From a virus (taxonomy: Duplodnaviria > Heunggongvirae > Uroviricota > Caudoviricetes), in IMG/VR virus record IMGVR_UViG_2671180456_000014: a stretch of DNA of 7,879 bases; one strand, written 5' to 3'. The position numbers were made by a program, and so were the translations under genes. Each line of letters starts with the position of its first letter. Within the stretch, counting starts at the first letter, position 1. Positions 4,700 through 7,879 of the stretch are shown piece by piece. The notes under the pieces are model-generated. The model was not told the origin of the DNA, searched no databases, and saw nothing but the letters and a program-made list of their open reading frames with translations.

Positions 4700-5460
4700 G
4701 TTCTATACGGCGACTATTTCTGTTGGTGAATTGGGTGTGTTGTTTTCTCTGTCGGTGTATGTGGTTTCGTTAGTTTTGCGGTGGTTCTTCTATGGGGTGT
4801 TCTCGTCGTTTTGGTGATTGTTCTTCTCCGTGTATGGAGTAATGGCAGGTGGGCGATTGCTTTCGTTATTGTGTTTGAGTTGTTTGTCTGGAGTGTGTGA
4901 AAGGCTTTTGTAGTTATTCGTGTGTTGGGTAATGGCGTTTCCCGTGATTGTTATGTTTCGTGTCTTTTGGGATTGAGAGAAGCCTTGCGGTTACAGGCTT
5001 CGTTGGGGTTTCAGTGATTCTGGTGTTTCTTCGCTGTTTGGGGAATGGCGTATCGTGGGTATTGCGCGTATGAATGTTTTCGGATTGCCTGTGAAAGTTA
5101 GGTTGGTTGTCCGGTAGCCTGGGAAGAAGAGGTGGGTCTTTTCGGTAGCCTGCCATAAAGAGGTTGGTTGTTTTGGGTAATGGCATATGTGTTATTTAGT
5201 TGTTTTGTTATGCCTGAAAATAAGTTGTTTATATGGTTGTGTAACGCAACGGGAACGATTTTGAGCGTGTGTTTTTGTTGGTAGTGTGTTGGGTCGTCTG
5301 TGGTGAAAATTGGACGCTGTGGCGCTGTCTGCTGCGTAGAGTTACGGGTATAAGCAGTGATGTGTGAAAACGTCAATTTTTTAGACCAAATCGGGTGAAA
5401 GCGTTGATGTTTCGTTGATCTGTTATTCAGTTGTTTTCTTGATTGTATAAACAACTATAA
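4700..5460. repeat. strongly G/T-skewed non-coding region of degenerate intergenic-module repeats
   Basis: Plus strand is about 80% G+T in sampled stretches. Recurrent GGTAATGGC units near 4842, 4931, 5044, 5180; 5113-5185 aligns with the region upstream of promoter A (1464-1540); degenerate promoter-motif copies at 5274-5290 and 5431-5445. No credible ORF on either strand. Confidence 0.55.
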
Positions 5461-5518
5461 CTTATTGATATTTAAGGATGTGATTGCGGGTATGGAAGGG
5501 GAGTAGTGGCGATCAACG

Positions 5519-5538
5519 GATTCTTATAGAAAAGAATC
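5519..5538. other. inverted repeat downstream of gene H
   Basis: GATTCTT-atagaa-AAGAATC 7-bp stem; no U-tract on the minus strand, so not a canonical terminator. Confidence 0.3.
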
Positions 5539-5564
5539 AAATTGTGACCGCCATTATCAATGTT

Positions 5565-6299
5565 TTACTTAGTTTTGTTTAGCAGAGAGAGAATTTCATC
5601 ACTAATTTCACTCGCCTGTTTGATAGCCAATGCAGTTACCTCTTCTATGGTTGGTGACTGTTGATGCTCATATTTGGTTTCGGTTATGACAATGTGTTCT
5701 TCACCAGAATTTGCGCATAGTGCCGCATTGACGATAAGGTTTGAGTAAGAATTTAGCAGAGCACTGTTGATGAACGCTTTCACGGTATTACTGTCTGCAC
5801 CAAATACATCTTTTCTGACCGCTTCAGCCTCACAGCGAACCCCTGCAGCAACATCGTGAAGAACATGTATGGCCTTGGAGCTTGTTTGTTCACAGTACTC
5901 AATCATTATTGTCGAATTGTTCTGTTCAACAAACGATCTGATGCCTGACGATTTACCCATAGCATCGAAGGCAGCGTGACCCGCACTAGTAGAGATATCT
6001 TCATAGAGTTCTTCATCGCTATCTTTTTCTTCAGGTGTCGAGGTGTCTTCATCGTCGTAATAGATATTGCCTTTAATCAGTGTCTTGGACACTTGATATA
6101 AACAATAAGAAACGAGATTTAAGCATTGGATTTTAGCTGTATTGTCCTTTGTCGCCTCGCTCTTCAGTTCTTTCGCTTCTTCAGTAAGGCTGTTGATAAG
6201 ACTTTGTATTTTTTCCAACGCGTTAGGTGCACACTCCGCGTTGTCCATAAAGAATTTATAACCAGTTCCAGGGATTTCTAAACTTTTCAACTTTTTCAT
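5565..6299 (-). CDS. hypothetical protein, 244 aa (gene H), AT-richer than its surroundings
   Basis: ORF track 5565-6299; ATG 6299-6297 with AGGA about 11 nt upstream; 45 nt after gene G with no promoter motif of its own, so probably co-transcribed. Acidic patch YYDDEDTSTPEEKDSDEELYED. No Walker, HTH or transmembrane signature seen by eye. Confidence 0.6.
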   Translation of the reverse strand: MKKLKSLEIPGTGYKFFMDNAECAPNALEKIQSLINSLTEEAKELKSEATKDNTAKIQCLNLVSYCLYQVSKTLIKGNIYYDDEDTSTPEEKDSDEELYEDISTSAGHAAFDAMGKSSGIRSFVEQNNSTIMIEYCEQTSSKAIHVLHDVAAGVRCEAEAVRKDVFGADSNTVKAFINSALLNSYSNLIVNAALCANSGEEHIVITETKYEHQQSPTIEEVTALAIKQASEISDEILSLLNKTK

Positions 6300-6344
6300 T
6301 TCTTTGATAATCCTAAAAACAAACTACCAATGCTTTAATATCTG

Positions 6345-6644
6345 TTACCAGTTCCAGCACTCAAGCCCTTCAACGACCGGTGCACCACAATCAAAATGTA
6401 CAGAGTCAAAGCCTACATCAAGTACTTTCTGAATGTTAGCAATCGCGCCTTCGGATATACCATATCGACGCAAGTCGTCTTTCCAGACATCATCCTGTAA
6501 CCCGGCGTGGACAATACAACCGCCGTCAATTTGCGAAACCCAATCCAGCTCATTGCTTGCGATCATGAATCGACGAGCATCTTCCTCTGATGTATGAGAT
6601 GAACTGATCAATGCCACCTGGTAGGCTTGGGTAATGTTCAACAT
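6345..6644 (-). CDS. small acidic hypothetical protein, 99 aa (cassette gene G)
   Basis: Start ATG 6644-6642 (MLNITQAYQ...) with GGAG 8 nt upstream; the track uses an upstream GTG at 6653. TAA stop at 6345-6347. Confidence 0.6.
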   Translation of the reverse strand: MLNITQAYQVALISSSHTSEEDARRFMIASNELDWVSQIDGGCIVHAGLQDDVWKDDLRRYGISEGAIANIQKVLDVGFDSVHFDCGAPVVEGLECWNW

Positions 6645-6722
6645 TTCAACCACTCCGAAACAATTTGTTTTCTTATGTGGCTTATTATCTCAATTAACAA
6701 AAGGCAGAAAACAAATTGTTTT
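6645..6722 (-). promoter_or_regulatory. conserved cassette promoter with two palindromic cores (copy G)
   Basis: Sense: AAAACAATTTGTTTTctgccttttgttaatTGaGATAATaagccacataagAAAACAAATTGTTTcGGAGtggttgaaATG. Extended -10 GATAAT at 6684-6689; palindromic cores at 6658-6671 and 6709-6722 flank it. Confidence 0.55.
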
Positions 6723-6754
6723 AGGGTATGCGTAAATCAGAAGGGATTGTGTCT

Positions 6755-6786
6755 ATATGAAAATGCCCAGCGTGTTGCCGGGCATT
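6755..6786 (-). terminator. probable metG terminator
   Basis: Minus strand: AAUGCCC-ggcaacacgcu-GGGCAUU followed by UUCAUAU, about 20 nt after the metG stop. Confidence 0.45.
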
Positions 6787-6805
6787 GCGAACAGAGGTTG
6801 TTTAA

Positions 6806-7879
6806 TTACTTAACCTGGTGGCCTGGTTTAGCACCAGCATCCGGGCTTAACAGGAAGATATCTTTCCCGCCGGGGCCAGCAGCCATCACCATGCCTTCGG
6901 AGATACCGAAGCGCATTTTACGCGGTGCCAGGTTAGCCACCATAATGGTGTGACGACCAATCAGTGCCTGTGGATCTGGATAAGCGGAACGGATGCCTGA
7001 GAAGACATTACGCTTTTCACCGCCGAGATCCAGCGTCAGGCGTAGCAGTTTGTCAGAACCTTCTACAAACTCTGCGTTTTCAATCAGCGCCACGCGCAGG
7101 TCAACTTTGGCGAAGTCGTNNNNNNNNNNNNNNNNNNNNNNNNNNNNNNNNNNNNNNNNNNNNNNNNNNNNNNNNNNNNNNNNNNNNNNNNNNNNNNNNN
7201 NNNNNNNNNNNNNNNNNNNGTCAGGCGTAGCAGTTTGTCAGAACCTTCTACAAACTCTGCGTTTTCAATCAGCGCCACGCGCAGGTCAACTTTGGCGAAG
7301 TCGTCAAAGGTGATAGTTTCCTGAATCGGGTCGTCAGCCAGTGGGCCAGTTACCGGTGCGGCTGTGGCTTTCACTTCTTCTTTGGATGCTTCCACCAGTG
7401 CTTCAACCTGCTTCATATCGATGCGGTTATACAGTGCCTTGAACGGATTCACTTTATGGCCCAGCAACGGTTGCTGGATGCCATCCCAGGTTAGTTCTGT
7501 ATTGAGGAATGCCTCTGCACGTTCAGTCAGTTTTGGCAGTACCGGTTTCAGGTACGTCATCAGCACGCGGAACAGATTAATGCCCATAGAGCAAATCGCC
7601 TGCAGATCGGCATCGCGTCCTTCCTGCTTCGCCACCACCCACGGAGCCTGTTCATCGACATAGCGGTTAGCCAGGTCAGCCAATGCCATGATTTCACGGA
7701 TAGCTTTACCAAATTCGCGGCTTTCCCATGCTTCGCCAATCACTTCAGCGGCATCAGTAAAGGTTTTGTACAGTTGCGGGTCAGCCAGTTCGCCTGCCAG
7801 CACGCCGTCAAAACGCTTGTTGATAAAGCCTGCATTACGAGAGGCCAGGTTAACCACTTTGTTCACGATATCGGCATTC
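6806..7879 (-). CDS. metG: methionyl-tRNA synthetase, 3' portion (runs off window; interrupted by assembly gap)
   Basis: Minus-strand translation gives ...[105 protein letters not shown], which I recognise as the enterobacterial MetG C-terminus (tRNA-binding domain). TAA stop at 6806-6808. The apparent frame change is fully explained by the 100-N gap plus 85-bp duplication (185 bp, not a multiple of 3). Confidence 0.9.
7035..7304. repeat. 85-bp exact duplication flanking the gap (7035-7119 = 7220-7304), assembly artefact
   Basis: Identical sequence gtcaggcgtagcagtttgtcagaacc...ggcgaagtcgt on both sides of the N run; collapsing one copy and the gap restores a continuous metG reading frame. 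Confidence 0.9.
7120..7219. other. scaffold gap (100 N)
   Basis: Run of exactly 100 n characters. Confidence 0.97.

Noticed and set aside
4914-5454. Two minus-strand ORFs (90 and 118 aa) in the G/T-skewed region
   Set aside because: Pro/Thr/Asn/His/Gln-rich low-complexity translations of a C/A-rich strand, no SD, overlapping each other in different frames. Stop-free by compositional accident.
4700-5460. Small hydrophobic peptides (type I toxin-like) encoded on the plus strand of the G/T-rich region
   Set aside because: Any G/T-rich sequence translates to Val/Phe/Leu/Cys/Trp-rich peptides; the candidate ATGs (in the recurring TAATGGC units) have GGAG only 2 nt upstream and no conserved frame.
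6627-7663. ORFs 6627-6953, 6964-7230, 6993-7313, 7364-7663
   Set aside because: Antisense to or overlapping metG and its terminator, or spanning the N gap. Artefacts.
1-7879. Integrase, transposase, tRNA or att-site boundary marking a mobile element
   Set aside because: I see no tyrosine or serine recombinase-like ORF, no IS-like terminal inverted repeats and no tRNA-like sequence. The mobile origin of the island is inferred from architecture only, and its left boundary is not defined within the window.

Overview
Enterobacterial (E. coli-like) chromosomal window. The right end (6806-7879, minus strand) is the 3' part of metG, interrupted by a 100-N scaffold gap with 85-bp duplicated flanks (assembly artefact). 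Everything left of the metG terminator looks like an accessory island built from autonomous single-gene cassettes on the minus strand. Each small ORF (47-244 aa, several strongly acidic) has its own copy of a conserved extended -10 promoter and C/A-rich leader with a palindromic AAACAA-N-TTGTTT core, and most have their own hairpin terminator; gene D uses a separate sigma70 promoter. The same cassette junctions recur without ORFs in a ~1.4 kb non-coding stretch that holds a 6-copy, 22-bp-period iteron-like array and an ~800 bp strongly G/T-skewed run of degenerate junction repeats. A second iteron cluster, an 18-bp perfect palindrome and tandem terminator hairpins lie at the left end. I recognise no integrase, transposase, tRNA, rRNA or CRISPR array. 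None of the island proteins matches a family I can name from sequence alone, so all functional statements about them are inference.
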